Below, in pieces: positions 41,778 to 51,104 of a DNA stretch of 64,000 nucleotides. The stretch is from a virus (taxonomy: Duplodnaviria; Heunggongvirae; Uroviricota; Caudoviricetes), in the IMG/VR virus record IMGVR_UViG_3300045988_155334; one strand, 5' to 3'. The translations under genes and the position numbers were made by a program. The stretch's first letter is position 1, and each line of letters starts with the position of its first letter. The notes under the pieces were generated by a model that worked only from the letters and a program-made list of their open reading frames with translations, did no database searches and was not told the DNA's origin.

Positions 41778-42356
41778 GTGTTGCGCTTTACTGAGCAAGA
41801 GTATCTGGCTTTCAGTAAGCGCAGGAAGAAAGGATGGGCTAAGCCAAAGCCCAAAAAGGATCCGTTCTTATCACTTGCCCCGGTAAAAGAAGTTTCGCCA
41901 CATGCGAAGGCGCTTGCAGCACTGGCAAAAAATCCTGATCTGCGAGTAGGAAATTGCGAGCACTACGAACAGGTTTTCATTTTTGATTACTTCGAGCGCA
42001 ATTACCCTGAAATTTATGAGCTGTTGCATGCAACGCCTAACGGAGGGAAGCGTTCAAAAGCAACCGCCGGGAAAATGAAGGCTGAAGGGCAGAAAAAAGG
42101 TTATCCGGACATGAGTCTCGATAAAGCATGCGGTATTTATCACGGCATGCGAATTGAGCTTAAAGAACCAAATGGTAAAGCCCCGACGAAAGAGCAGATT
42201 GCCTGGATGCGCAGGCTTAGAGAGGAAGGTTACTACGTTGTTCTTGCGTATGGTGCAGAACAAGCGATTACCGCCATCCTGGAATACATAAGCCTTAAAA
42301 AGGGTGAGGCTATTGAGCATGTATTGAACGGCGATAAGTGGTTGTATGCTGCTTAA
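41778..42356 (+). CDS. VRR-NUC domain nuclease (PD-(D/E)xK fold)
   Basis: 192 aa; GYPDMSL...ELKEPNGKAPTKEQIAWMRRLREEGYYVVLAYG pattern typical of VRR-NUC. Confidence 0.55.
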   Translation: MLRFTEQEYLAFSKRRKKGWAKPKPKKDPFLSLAPVKEVSPHAKALAALAKNPDLRVGNCEHYEQVFIFDYFERNYPEIYELLHATPNGGKRSKATAGKMKAEGQKKGYPDMSLDKACGIYHGMRIELKEPNGKAPTKEQIAWMRRLREEGYYVVLAYGAEQAITAILEYISLKKGEAIEHVLNGDKWLYAA

Positions 42357-42389
42357 AATAATAAATTAATTAGTGCATATTGTCTCTTT

Positions 42390-42578
42390 ATGGTAGTGCA
42401 CATCAACATCGGGAGAGTAATCGTGTCATCCAAGGTTAATTATGAGTCGCTGGCATCGGTCATGCCGCGTAATGAACAGGAAACAGATGCTGTAGTGGAC
42501 CCTGTAATCGCTGAAATGAATGCTCGCCTGGAGGCTGAATTTGCAGCTGAGAATGAACATACCACCCAGGGCGACTAG
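42390..42578 (+). CDS. Small acidic protein
   Basis: 62-aa ORF; 3' end overlaps the next gene by 26 nt. Confidence 0.3.
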   Translation: MVVHINIGRVIVSSKVNYESLASVMPRNEQETDAVVDPVIAEMNARLEAEFAAENEHTTQGD

Positions 42579-43182
42579 GACTGTTTTTTGTGTCGGTAGC
42601 GGTCCGTCACTCACTCGTGAGGACTGTGCTGCTATAGAAAAAACTGGCTGTTCAATCATCGCGGTTAACAATTCCTGGCAGATGTTCGATGACATTTATG
42701 CCTTATACGCCGGTGATTTGTCATGGTGGAAGCAATACGGTTCCACCATACCGGGAGGGAGGTTCCGCAAAGTGACAGCCAACCTGGCGGCGGCGAAATC
42801 ATTTTCGTTGGAGTACAGGCGATATTGTGGACCGGCGGAAGGGGTAAATAGCGGCGCGCAGGCTATCAGTCTGGCGGCTGAATCAGGGGCTGAAGTAGTT
42901 GTATTAGTCGGCTATGACTGTTCTCTGCAAAACGGCCTTCATTGGCATGGCGCGCATCCTCAAGCACTACGGAATCCAACGCAGGTGTCTATTTCAAAAT
43001 GGCAACAGCAGTTCCTGGATACCCGCAAAAAACACGCAGATTTACATATTTTGAATGCAAGTAGGAGCAGTGCAATTCAATGTTTCCCAAGAATAAATTT
43101 AGAGGCAGTGATCGCGTTATTATCGTCGGCAGTGGCCCAAGCGCCGCAAACTTTGTTGCGCCGCGCGGAGTGCCGATTATAG
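42553..43182 (+). CDS. Glycosyltransferase-like protein, paralog 1 (GxGPS Rossmann-like motif)
   Basis: ORF 42520-43182; likely ATG 42553; VFCVGSGPSLTRE...IIAVNNSW motif; paralogous to 43080-43706. Confidence 0.45.
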   Translation: MNIPPRATRTVFCVGSGPSLTREDCAAIEKTGCSIIAVNNSWQMFDDIYALYAGDLSWWKQYGSTIPGGRFRKVTANLAAAKSFSLEYRRYCGPAEGVNSGAQAISLAAESGAEVVVLVGYDCSLQNGLHWHGAHPQALRNPTQVSISKWQQQFLDTRKKHADLHILNASRSSAIQCFPRINLEAVIALLSSAVAQAPQTLLRRAECRL

Positions 43183-43706
43183 CGGTCAATGGGGCCATCG
43201 ACTGGCTTAACCGCGCTTCTTATTTTTTCACACTTGATCCATCGCCAGACAATATGCGGCGCGTTGGTCGTGGCCGCCGTCGCCGTGGTGTTTGTTATTG
43301 CATGGCACTACCCGATGTTAAAGAACGTGAAGTCATAGATGGCGTTCTGTGCTTCCGTCGTGTGGCTGAACGCGGCACGGAGCCAAAAAATACGAATTCT
43401 CCCGAGTGGTGGGCATGGCGCTGGTCCGCACATTTCGGCCTTTGCGAAGATGAGAATGAAATTGCCAGCGGCAATAGTGCATATGGTGCTCTGAACCTGG
43501 CCTTCCATATCGGATTCAAACATGTAGCCCTGGTGGGCGTTGATGCTACACAAGAACCACGCGTTCACTCCGGCGGCACGCCAAAAAATCTAAGTCACCT
43601 GCCTTTGTTATTCCAGTCTGCGCGTGAACAGATTGACGTTGTTTCATGCGGGAAAATGGGAGGTATTCCGCAGATGACTCTTAAAGAATGGCTGAAGAAT
43701 ACATGA
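43080..43706 (+). CDS. Glycosyltransferase-like protein, paralog 2, overlapping paralog 1 by 103 nt
   Basis: 208 aa; [13 protein letters not shown]...[10 protein letters not shown]; the start must lie inside the preceding ORF to keep the motif. Confidence 0.45.
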   Translation: MFPKNKFRGSDRVIIVGSGPSAANFVAPRGVPIIAVNGAIDWLNRASYFFTLDPSPDNMRRVGRGRRRRGVCYCMALPDVKEREVIDGVLCFRRVAERGTEPKNTNSPEWWAWRWSAHFGLCEDENEIASGNSAYGALNLAFHIGFKHVALVGVDATQEPRVHSGGTPKNLSHLPLLFQSAREQIDVVSCGKMGGIPQMTLKEWLKNT

Positions 43707-44380
43707 TGGCACCCACAATTTATCACCGTATCGACGGTACCAAATACAGGAATGTCTGGGTTGTTGGTGATCTGCATGGTTGCTACACCAGACTGATGTC
43801 CGAACTCCATCGTGTGGATTTTGACCCGGCGCAGGATTTACTGATATCGGTCGGCGACCTTATCGATCGCGGTACTGAAAATGTCGAATGTCTGGAACTA
43901 TTGCAGATGCCCTGGTTCAGGGCAGTGATGGGGAACCATGAGCGGTTGATGCTCGATGCGTTAAGTCCTGATGGCAACGTGAATAACTGGCTAATGAATG
44001 GTGGACAATGGTTCTTCATGTTGGACACTGATCAGGAAATATTAGCCAGGGCGCTGGTGGAGCTGGTAAGACGTCTGCCCTATATCATTGAGTTGAACAC
44101 CGGGCAAGAAACTATCGTTATAGCCCATGCCGACTATCCGGATAATGAATATCAATTCGGTAAGGAGGTGCCGCTTTTCAACGTTGTCTGGGCACGCGAG
44201 CGTATCAGTGATTCGATGGATGATATTGGTGGCGAAATTTCGGGCGCAGATCGTTTTATCTTTGGTCACACTCCGGTGAAAAGCCCGAAGACATTCTGGA
44301 ATCAGCATTATATCGACACTGGTGCCGTATTTTGCGGAAACCTGACATTGATGAAAGTGAAAGGTGATGGTGCAGCATGA
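43688..44380 (+). CDS. ppp: Ser/Thr protein phosphatase (calcineurin-like metallophosphatase)
   Basis: 230 aa; GDLHGCY, GDLIDRG, GNHE metallophosphatase motifs. Confidence 0.85.
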   Translation: MAEEYMMAPTIYHRIDGTKYRNVWVVGDLHGCYTRLMSELHRVDFDPAQDLLISVGDLIDRGTENVECLELLQMPWFRAVMGNHERLMLDALSPDGNVNNWLMNGGQWFFMLDTDQEILARALVELVRRLPYIIELNTGQETIVIAHADYPDNEYQFGKEVPLFNVVWARERISDSMDDIGGEISGADRFIFGHTPVKSPKTFWNQHYIDTGAVFCGNLTLMKVKGDGAA

Positions 44381-45078
44381 AGATTGCTTTAGTTCTTCGC
44401 TCTGGTGGTGACTATAACGCTTCCGATGTGCAGTGGCTGGTTAATCAACTGCCAAAAGGCTATGAAATTATTTGCCTGACAGACCTGAAGCGTTTACATG
44501 TACCTGGCGTCAAAGTTATCCCATTGATCAACCAGTGGCAAAAGTGCCGTGGCTGGTGGGCGAAAATCGAGTTGTTCCGACCGGATATAACCGATGATCT
44601 GTTCTATCTGGATTTGGACACGGTTATTGCCGGTGATATACGCCCAATCCTTGAGAACCCACCAACCAGTTTCACCATGCTTAGGGATTTTTACCATCCA
44701 CAATATCGTGGTAGCGGTGCCCTGTGGATACCAAATAGTGTAAAAGCGCATATCTGGAGTGCATTCTGGCAAGATCCGGAAGGTTGGATTGCTCGTTGTG
44801 TTACTACTGAATGCTGGGGTGATCAGGGGTTTTTGCGGAAGGTTATGGGTGATGATACACCAGCATTTCAGGATCTGTATCCAGGATGGTTTGTAAGTTA
44901 CAAGGCCGATGTTGTGGAACCTGGTTCAAAATATGCGAGCGCGCGTTACTCCAGGGGGAATGGGACATTACCAAAGGACTGCCGAATAATCTTTTTCCAC
45001 GGCAAACCGCGGCCTCGCGAAGTGTCAGAGGATTGGCTTCCCCTCATTAGCTCGTTTTTTGAGCGAGAATCAGAATAA
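44377..45078 (+). CDS. Putative GT-A-like glycosyltransferase with DxD motif
   Basis: 233 aa; FYLDLDTVI DxD-type motif; start overlaps the ppp stop. Confidence 0.4.
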   Translation: MKIALVLRSGGDYNASDVQWLVNQLPKGYEIICLTDLKRLHVPGVKVIPLINQWQKCRGWWAKIELFRPDITDDLFYLDLDTVIAGDIRPILENPPTSFTMLRDFYHPQYRGSGALWIPNSVKAHIWSAFWQDPEGWIARCVTTECWGDQGFLRKVMGDDTPAFQDLYPGWFVSYKADVVEPGSKYASARYSRGNGTLPKDCRIIFFHGKPRPREVSEDWLPLISSFFERESE

Positions 45079-45079
45079 T

Positions 45080-45096
45080 ATTGCTCTAATAATTCC
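45080..45096 (+). promoter_or_regulatory. C1 operator-like site (left copy of an inverted pair)
   Basis: ATTGCTCTAATAATTCC, 14/17 match. Confidence 0.45.
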
Positions 45097-45104
45097 ATAT
45101 TTTT

Positions 45105-45134
45105 AAAACGTGATGTACACTCATCACGTTTTTT
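45105..45134. terminator. Intrinsic terminator bracketed by inverted C1 operator-like sites
   Basis: aaaacgtgatg-tacact-catcacgtttttt. Confidence 0.65.
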
Positions 45135-45145
45135 ATTAGAGCAAT
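45129..45145 (-). promoter_or_regulatory. C1 operator-like site (right, inverted copy)
   Basis: Reverse complement reads ATTGCTCTAATAAAAAA, 14/17 match. Confidence 0.45.
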
Positions 45146-45159
45146 CCATAAGGTGCACT

Positions 45160-45378
45160 ATGTGGCCATTCCGACGGAAATATCACTACTGGCTGATCGC
45201 CTTTGTTACGCCGACCGGCGGTATCAGGCATGTCATCACCAGGTATCGCAACAAGAGACTCACCTTAGCCAGAATTTTACAGGCTGCCATAGGTGAGGGA
45301 CTGGATACAAATTGCGTAGTCCTTCCACCTTCATACTTAGGAAAAATGACCGAAGCACAAGCTAATACGGAACTTTGA
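45160..45378 (+). CDS. Small hypothetical protein
   Basis: 72-aa ORF with AAGGTG ribosome-binding site. Confidence 0.4.
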   Translation: MWPFRRKYHYWLIAFVTPTGGIRHVITRYRNKRLTLARILQAAIGEGLDTNCVVLPPSYLGKMTEAQANTEL

Positions 45379-45379
45379 A

Positions 45380-46642
45380 ATGAGCACTTCAGCACAAAAC
45401 CAATCAATCGAAAATGTATCTATCCCTGATGTCCTGAATGCCGGTATCCCGGCCATTATCCAGAACATCCGGGCCGCGCAACGCCGCGTTAGTTGTGATG
45501 ACCTCACAGCACGTTTTTTTGATAATGCGGTTCAGTCAGCGGAGATGCTTCACGCACAGCTTATTGATGTTTATAACGCAGAAGCTGATAGCCATAACTC
45601 CCTGGTAGATGCAGCTGAAAATATGCAGTTGGATCTCGGTCTGAAGGGTAAAGAAATTGAAGAGCTTCAGCTGCAAATTGAACATTTGAAACGCCAGCAA
45701 CAGGACGCGATCGACGATGCGACGCATGACGCCAACCAGCGTGCTGATAATGCCGAACGTATAAGCATTGAGCTGGAAACAAAACTCAATGAAATGACCG
45801 CGATGGTTGAACTGCGGAACTCACAGATTTCAACGCTAAAATCTCAATATAAAGAGATCATGAAACTTGATCCTTTTAACCTTGAGAAACGCTATAACAA
45901 AGCTAAAAGCGAGCGACAGGAACTGCGTAAGCAGGTCGCCGACCTTAACCAACAGCTCAAAAAAACTATTAAAGATGCAAGCGAGGCGCGCGTGGCATTT
46001 GCTAATAAAAAAGCAGAGGTTACCGCGCTGGTTAATGAGAATGCCAAATTTGCGACGCTCAAGAAGGAAATGTATGGCATTACTGAGCGCCGTTTCCCTG
46101 CAAGCAAACTTCATCCGACGTTAGGGCAAATCTCCTTCTTCCCGCGCCTCCTGGCTTATGGGATCTCATCGCCTAAAGAGTTCAATAACGAGCGTCCTTA
46201 TATCGTTTCTAAGCTGGACTTTGCTTATCAGTTCTGCTGCGACATGGGCTATGCCATTGATATCCGAATCAACGAATGGTTGATGCCAAACTTCCAGCCG
46301 TTGGCAATTTTCCGCGAGTTCCAGCCGGAAGGTTGGGTAGAGTTCTTCCATGAATTGATCTGTAAAGAAATGGAAAGCCGCCGCCCGGAATTGGTCCGTC
46401 GAGTTGAGTGGGCGCAAGAGGTTATGTTGGCAGATGCAGAGCTGCCGTTCGAACCGGAATTCATTGATGATCTGGCAACTAAAGGGTTGCATACCCTGTT
46501 TGATGTGGTTACCCGCCGTCATGAGCAGTTGGTTGTCGAATTGGGTTTAGAGGAAACAGCGGCAAGAAGACTTCTCGATGTTTGCTATGCACGTAGCGAT
46601 GCATGGGAAAAAGAGAACGGCGGCACTATTTACGTTCGCTGA
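45380..46642 (+). CDS. Coiled-coil protein with C-terminal globular domain (PmgS-like by position)
   Basis: 420 aa; long heptad-rich region at residues ~60-230. Confidence 0.45.
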   Translation: MSTSAQNQSIENVSIPDVLNAGIPAIIQNIRAAQRRVSCDDLTARFFDNAVQSAEMLHAQLIDVYNAEADSHNSLVDAAENMQLDLGLKGKEIEELQLQIEHLKRQQQDAIDDATHDANQRADNAERISIELETKLNEMTAMVELRNSQISTLKSQYKEIMKLDPFNLEKRYNKAKSERQELRKQVADLNQQLKKTIKDASEARVAFANKKAEVTALVNENAKFATLKKEMYGITERRFPASKLHPTLGQISFFPRLLAYGISSPKEFNNERPYIVSKLDFAYQFCCDMGYAIDIRINEWLMPNFQPLAIFREFQPEGWVEFFHELICKEMESRRPELVRRVEWAQEVMLADAELPFEPEFIDDLATKGLHTLFDVVTRRHEQLVVELGLEETAARRLLDVCYARSDAWEKENGGTIYVR

Positions 46643-46663
46643 TAGTTACAGTGTCACTTTTAA

Positions 46664-46697
46664 TGCTGGTGGAGTGCGTCCCACCAGCATTTTTTTC
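46664..46697 (+). terminator. Intrinsic terminator after the coiled-coil gene
   Basis: gctggtgg-agtgcgtc-ccaccagc followed by TTTTTTT. Confidence 0.7.
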
Positions 46698-46715
46698 GTC
46701 CAATGAGGAGGGCAT

Positions 46716-47222
46716 TTGAGTATTTTCAATAAACACGCACACCAGGAACGTCCGTACATCGTCATAGTAGATATTGATGGGACGATATCAGAGGCAACGG
46801 AAGACAGGCTGCATTTGCTTCCACCACCTGGCAAAGGTGCATTAACAGAGCACTGGAACGAGTTTAACCTTGCCTGTGACACCGATACTCCCATCACTCC
46901 AGTTATTGATATGGTGCGCCAGTTATTTAACGTTTACACGGTCTGGTTTGTAACCGGGCGCTGTGAGATCGCAAGGGATAAAACACGAGCCTGGCTGCGG
47001 AAGTACGTAACAAACGGGGCTGAGCCTTTGCTATCTATGCGTCCTGCCACCGATGACAGAAATGACGGCCCAGCAAAGATTGATCTCCTTAAGAAAATTG
47101 GTCTAAGTAAAATCGCGTTCGCGCTGGAAGATAAGATTGAAGTGGCGCGTGTTTTCAGAAGTCACGGTGTACTTACGTTAATGGTCAGGGAGTATGAAAA
47201 CGCGCTTCTTCATCAACAATAA
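46716..47222 (+). CDS. HAD-superfamily phosphatase-like protein
   Basis: 168 aa; motif I VDIDGTI; fold resembles polynucleotide 3'-phosphatase or nucleotidase. Confidence 0.55.
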   Translation: MSIFNKHAHQERPYIVIVDIDGTISEATEDRLHLLPPPGKGALTEHWNEFNLACDTDTPITPVIDMVRQLFNVYTVWFVTGRCEIARDKTRAWLRKYVTNGAEPLLSMRPATDDRNDGPAKIDLLKKIGLSKIAFALEDKIEVARVFRSHGVLTLMVREYENALLHQQ

Positions 47223-47238
47223 TTGCTCTAATAAATCT
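47222..47238 (+). promoter_or_regulatory. C1 operator overlapping the promoter of the rightward accessory operon
   Basis: ATTGCTCTAATAAATCT, 16/17 match. Confidence 0.6.
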
Positions 47239-47320
47239 TGATTTTTAAAACAGAGAAAGTGAAAATAAAAACATGCCGCAAGGCGCGGCATGTATCCAAT
47301 CAATCACAGGAGCTGAAAAT

Positions 47321-47407
47321 ATGAACACGGCATTCAAAATCATTATGGCCGCGATCTATTTCTGGCTGTTCTCTATCACTTTTGGCGGCATCGTCGCACA
47401 TGGGTAA
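47321..47407 (+). CDS. 28-aa hydrophobic peptide, first ORF of a C1-operator-fronted operon
   Basis: MNTAFKIIMAAIYFWLFSITFGGIVAHG; strong ribosome-binding site CAGGAG 8 nt upstream. Confidence 0.4.
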   Translation: MNTAFKIIMAAIYFWLFSITFGGIVAHG

Positions 47408-47416
47408 GGGGGATGC

Positions 47417-48142
47417 ATGAAAGGCGAAGTGAAAGAGCGCGGCATGATTTTCAACGATGAGATGGTCCGGGCCATCCTCGAAGGAAGGAAAACGCAGACG
47501 CGGCGGATAATGAAAAATCAGCCTGCGGAAGTTGGTCCAGAAGCACCAGTGATGGTTAGAAAAATTGGTGCAGGTTTTCAGTGGTACGGGGCTGATGGTG
47601 TAAGCAGTGTTTTCAATTGCCCCTTTGGTATCGTCGGCGATCGAATTTGGGTTCGTGAAACATGGGCGATATTAGGCAATGAGGATGGTTGCAGTGTGGA
47701 CTGGAACGACAACCTTTGTCGTGGCGATGAGAAGAACGCAGCAAGGATTTATCGGGCCAGTTGCGAGCAAAAACCTGGTGATTACGGCTTATGGTCGATA
47801 CCCGATGATGCCGACTGGAAACCTCACACTGTGAATGAAAAGTTTGATGGTGGGTGGCGTCCATCAATTCACATGCCGCGATGGGCATCACGCATCCTGT
47901 TGGAAATTACCAACGTGCGCGTTGAGCGGTTGAACGATATCAGCGAATGCGATGCAAGGGATGAGGGCGTTCCGCCTGCTGGAAGTTTGCTTCCTGATCA
48001 CCCGGGAACATTCCTTACTCCCAAGGGGGATTTCGCAATGGCCAAGGTTGCGTTCCAGCGCCTGTGGGAATCCATCTACGGCGAAGAAAGCTGGAGTGCT
48101 AATCCCTGGGTTTGGGTAATCGAGTTTGAGCGTATTCAGTAG
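47417..48142 (+). CDS. ASCH-domain (PUA-like) protein
   Basis: 241 aa; FNDEMVRAILEGRKTQTRR N-terminal signature. Confidence 0.5.
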   Translation: MKGEVKERGMIFNDEMVRAILEGRKTQTRRIMKNQPAEVGPEAPVMVRKIGAGFQWYGADGVSSVFNCPFGIVGDRIWVRETWAILGNEDGCSVDWNDNLCRGDEKNAARIYRASCEQKPGDYGLWSIPDDADWKPHTVNEKFDGGWRPSIHMPRWASRILLEITNVRVERLNDISECDARDEGVPPAGSLLPDHPGTFLTPKGDFAMAKVAFQRLWESIYGEESWSANPWVWVIEFERIQ

Positions 48143-48151
48143 GGCGAGCGT

Positions 48152-48373
48152 ATGCAATCAGTTATTTGTGAGGAAGTCGGCCTGAATAAAGCATCCCCAG
48201 CAGAGTTAAGAACAAGTCTCGAAATGGCGCATAGCCTTGCTCAAATTGGTGTCAGGTTTGTACCAATTCCAGTTGAAACAGATGAAGAATTTCACAGGTT
48301 AGCGGCATCGGCAGCACAAAAGCTGGAAATCATGGCAGCGAAAGTAGAGAAAGCTGAAGGAGCGACAAAATGA
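48152..48373 (+). CDS. Small hypothetical protein
   Basis: 73-aa ORF, translationally coupled to the next. Confidence 0.35.
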   Translation: MQSVICEEVGLNKASPAELRTSLEMAHSLAQIGVRFVPIPVETDEEFHRLAASAAQKLEIMAAKVEKAEGATK

Positions 48374-48585
48374 GCAAGCCAACCGACGAAGAAATAGTTC
48401 GGGTGTTGGAAGAACACGGGCGCTGTATGACTTACGTCGTGACCAACTGGCTTAGGGATAAATATCGCACACTCAAAACGGCATACGTTTTGCGTCGTCT
48501 AAAGAAACTGGAGTTCGACGGGAAAGTAAAGCGCGTTAACAGTTCTTATATAAGACAAATTTGCTGGGAGGCATCCAGTGAGTAA
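48370..48585 (+). CDS. Small winged-helix-like DNA-binding protein
   Basis: 71-aa ORF. Confidence 0.35.
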   Translation: MSKPTDEEIVRVLEEHGRCMTYVVTNWLRDKYRTLKTAYVLRRLKKLEFDGKVKRVNSSYIRQICWEASSE

Positions 48586-49222
48586 CCGTTTTTACATGAT
48601 GTGCTTGCGTGAAACTGTGGGTAATAACGCCTCATTCCATTGCCATAACGGCAATGGTTACAGTTCTGATATCGATCGCGCTCATGTTTACACGCTGGAA
48701 GAAGCCCAAAAAGCCTGGAATTGTGGGCGAGATATCGATCAGCCTGTTTGTGCCGATAGTGTGGATGCAATGGCTGTGTGGCACGTTGATTGCCAGTACA
48801 TCCCTACAGAAAGCCTGATTGAGTCAGATTGCACTGAGTATGTGGCCTACAAAAAAGGTAGCTGGAACGGCAACGATGTTTACTGGCTTCAACACGGTGG
48901 ATTGCCAACAGATGACTTCAGTAAAGCGACCATCTTTAGCGTCGCCAACAAAAACGAACCAGGAATAGTTTGGTTGCCATTTTCCATTGCTGATGCAGCA
49001 AAGCGCCGGACGTTCAATATCAATAACTTTAACCGCAGAACAATGGTTCAGGGCGCAGGTTTGGTCATGCCTGACTGGTTGAAAGAGCAGAACAGAAGAA
49101 AGAAGTCGCGAAGCGGGAAGGTGCGTTGGAATTGTCCGCATTGCGGAAAAATAACCTGGCAGTACAGCCCATATGATTTTGAAGGCTGTAGTGATTACAA
49201 CTGTGAAGGATGGCGAGAATGA
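48578..49222 (+). CDS. Cys-rich protein with C-terminal zinc ribbon
   Basis: 214 aa; ...CPHCGKITW...CSDYNCEGW. Confidence 0.4.
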   Translation: MSNRFYMMCLRETVGNNASFHCHNGNGYSSDIDRAHVYTLEEAQKAWNCGRDIDQPVCADSVDAMAVWHVDCQYIPTESLIESDCTEYVAYKKGSWNGNDVYWLQHGGLPTDDFSKATIFSVANKNEPGIVWLPFSIADAAKRRTFNINNFNRRTMVQGAGLVMPDWLKEQNRRKKSRSGKVRWNCPHCGKITWQYSPYDFEGCSDYNCEGWRE

Positions 49223-49899
49223 CAATTGACTATCAGGTACTGCGTGAGGCGGCAGAAAAGGCAACACCAGACGAATGGGTCGCATTTATTTCGACGGATA
49301 CTGGTACTTATGCGGTGCACACGCCCGGTGATGAACGATGTGAAGACGTTATCAAATGGACCGGCTTTGATGGACAGAAAAATGCAGAGAACAACGCTCG
49401 TCATGTTGCCGCGTTCAACCCAAAGGTTGCACTGGAGCTGCTTGGTGAAATTAAGTGCCTGGAGGACACAAATATTGATGCTATGTGTCGAATTGCAGAG
49501 CTTGAGACTAATCTCGCGGCGCTGGTGGCGGAGAATGCGGGGCTAAAGGCGATATGTGATGACCGTCGCAGATTCATCATGAATGGGGTGCAGATGGGTT
49601 ATATCAAGGTGCCAGCAGCGGAAACAGATCCAGACCTTGAGACAATTCGCATTGCTATATCACCACAAAAGCCCATTCCAGCCACTGATGCTTTCCTGTC
49701 TGAAGTGCGGGCGCAGGGGGTGGATGCTGCTATAGAAGCTGCAAAAAATCTGGTGGTCCAAGAATATGAGTATAAGGATTTCAAAGCGGCGCAGAGTGAT
49801 TGCTGTATGCACCCTGGTTCAGACCTGGTAGGGAAGGTTGAAATGACTGAGTGGTTAGTTGACTTTGCTGCCCAGCTTCGCAAAGGAGGCAACCAGTGA
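49210..49899 (+). CDS. Ead/Ea22-like protein, paralog 1
   Basis: 229 aa; N-terminus IDYQVLREAAEKATPDEW; coiled coil. Confidence 0.45.
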   Translation: MARMTIDYQVLREAAEKATPDEWVAFISTDTGTYAVHTPGDERCEDVIKWTGFDGQKNAENNARHVAAFNPKVALELLGEIKCLEDTNIDAMCRIAELETNLAALVAENAGLKAICDDRRRFIMNGVQMGYIKVPAAETDPDLETIRIAISPQKPIPATDAFLSEVRAQGVDAAIEAAKNLVVQEYEYKDFKAAQSDCCMHPGSDLVGKVEMTEWLVDFAAQLRKGGNQ

Positions 49900-50522
49900 G
49901 CGAAATTAATTACCAGGCATTGCGTGAGGTGGCGGAACGTGCAATTCCAGCAATGGAACGCCTGTTAATGTTGCCAGCTGATGATGATTTGTTAAGTGAA
50001 CAGGAACTTAAAGATTACGGTGTGGATATTGATGCGCTCAACGCCTTCAAATTTCTGACCGGACCAGAAACCGTGCTGGCGCTGCTGGATGAACGGGAAA
50101 GAAACCAGCAATACATAAAACGCCGCGACCAGGAGAACGAGGAAATTGCGCTAACTGTAGGGAAGCTGCGTGTTGAGCTGGAAGCCGCAGAGAAGCGCAA
50201 CGCAAAATTACAAAGCGAGAATGCATACATCCGCAACCGGTTCAAAGAGCTGGACCTGTTAATCGGGAAAAACATTCTGGTCATGCAGGCTGCGATTATC
50301 GAATGGCAGGCAACTGGCGACGCTAAAAGCGGACTGGCATGGATTTATAACACACTGTTTGGCCCAGGCGAATTGCCGGACGAATCTGAGAAAGATGCTC
50401 AGGCCTACTTTAATCGCAAATATGCACCGATTGACGAAAAGCTTATGGAGCTTCACAAGTGGTTTTGGGAACAAAGTGAAGCCGAGCGCGCCGCTGGCAT
50501 TCGCATCAAAGGAGGTGAGTAA
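49896..50522 (+). CDS. Ead/Ea22-like protein, paralog 2
   Basis: 208 aa; N-terminus INYQALREVAERAIPAME; coiled coil. Confidence 0.45.
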   Translation: MSEINYQALREVAERAIPAMERLLMLPADDDLLSEQELKDYGVDIDALNAFKFLTGPETVLALLDERERNQQYIKRRDQENEEIALTVGKLRVELEAAEKRNAKLQSENAYIRNRFKELDLLIGKNILVMQAAIIEWQATGDAKSGLAWIYNTLFGPGELPDESEKDAQAYFNRKYAPIDEKLMELHKWFWEQSEAERAAGIRIKGGE

Positions 50523-50694
50523 TGCGTGTGGCATTTTTCGGCTTGTTACCGTACCCGCCTTGTTTTTGGACTTCTGCGCTAATTGCAAAGCCGCATGTCC
50601 TGATGGCTGACAACATCATCCCGGCACCAAAGCGCCGCCATACCGGTATTGCGGCTGCACGACGCGAAGCAAAGAAACGCAGGAGAGCAAAACG

Positions 50695-50883
50695 ATGAAA
50701 AACCGTAAAGCAAAGATTCTGTTAGTTCGTAGAAACGCTCCTGGCGTCTGGCAGTGGGTGAGACTCAGCAACCGACGGATGGGGTTGATGAAATATTACG
50801 GGATGATGGATTGTGGTTTTTGCAAAAAGCCCAGCGCGGCGCAAAACCGCTGGAAAAACCACTTGCGCACTAAAGGAGAGTGA
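50695..50883 (+). CDS. Small basic protein
   Basis: 62-aa ORF; start overlaps a preceding 58-aa ORF (50522-50698). Confidence 0.25.
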   Translation: MKNRKAKILLVRRNAPGVWQWVRLSNRRMGLMKYYGMMDCGFCKKPSAAQNRWKNHLRTKGE

Positions 50884-51104
50884 TGTGCCGACATTATTCA
50901 GAAAAGAATATCCGCGAAAAAGTAGAGCGACAGAATTTCTGTTTCTCATTCTGTTTATCGTGTTGATGACACCGATATCCCCGCTAATTTTTGTCTGGGT
51001 AATCGGGAAAATAATTGAGCCAGTTATTGAATTGTATAACGACGTGGTATGGGCGTCGTTCAATACACTGCACAATAAAATTAATCCATATAAGGAAAAC
51101 TGAA

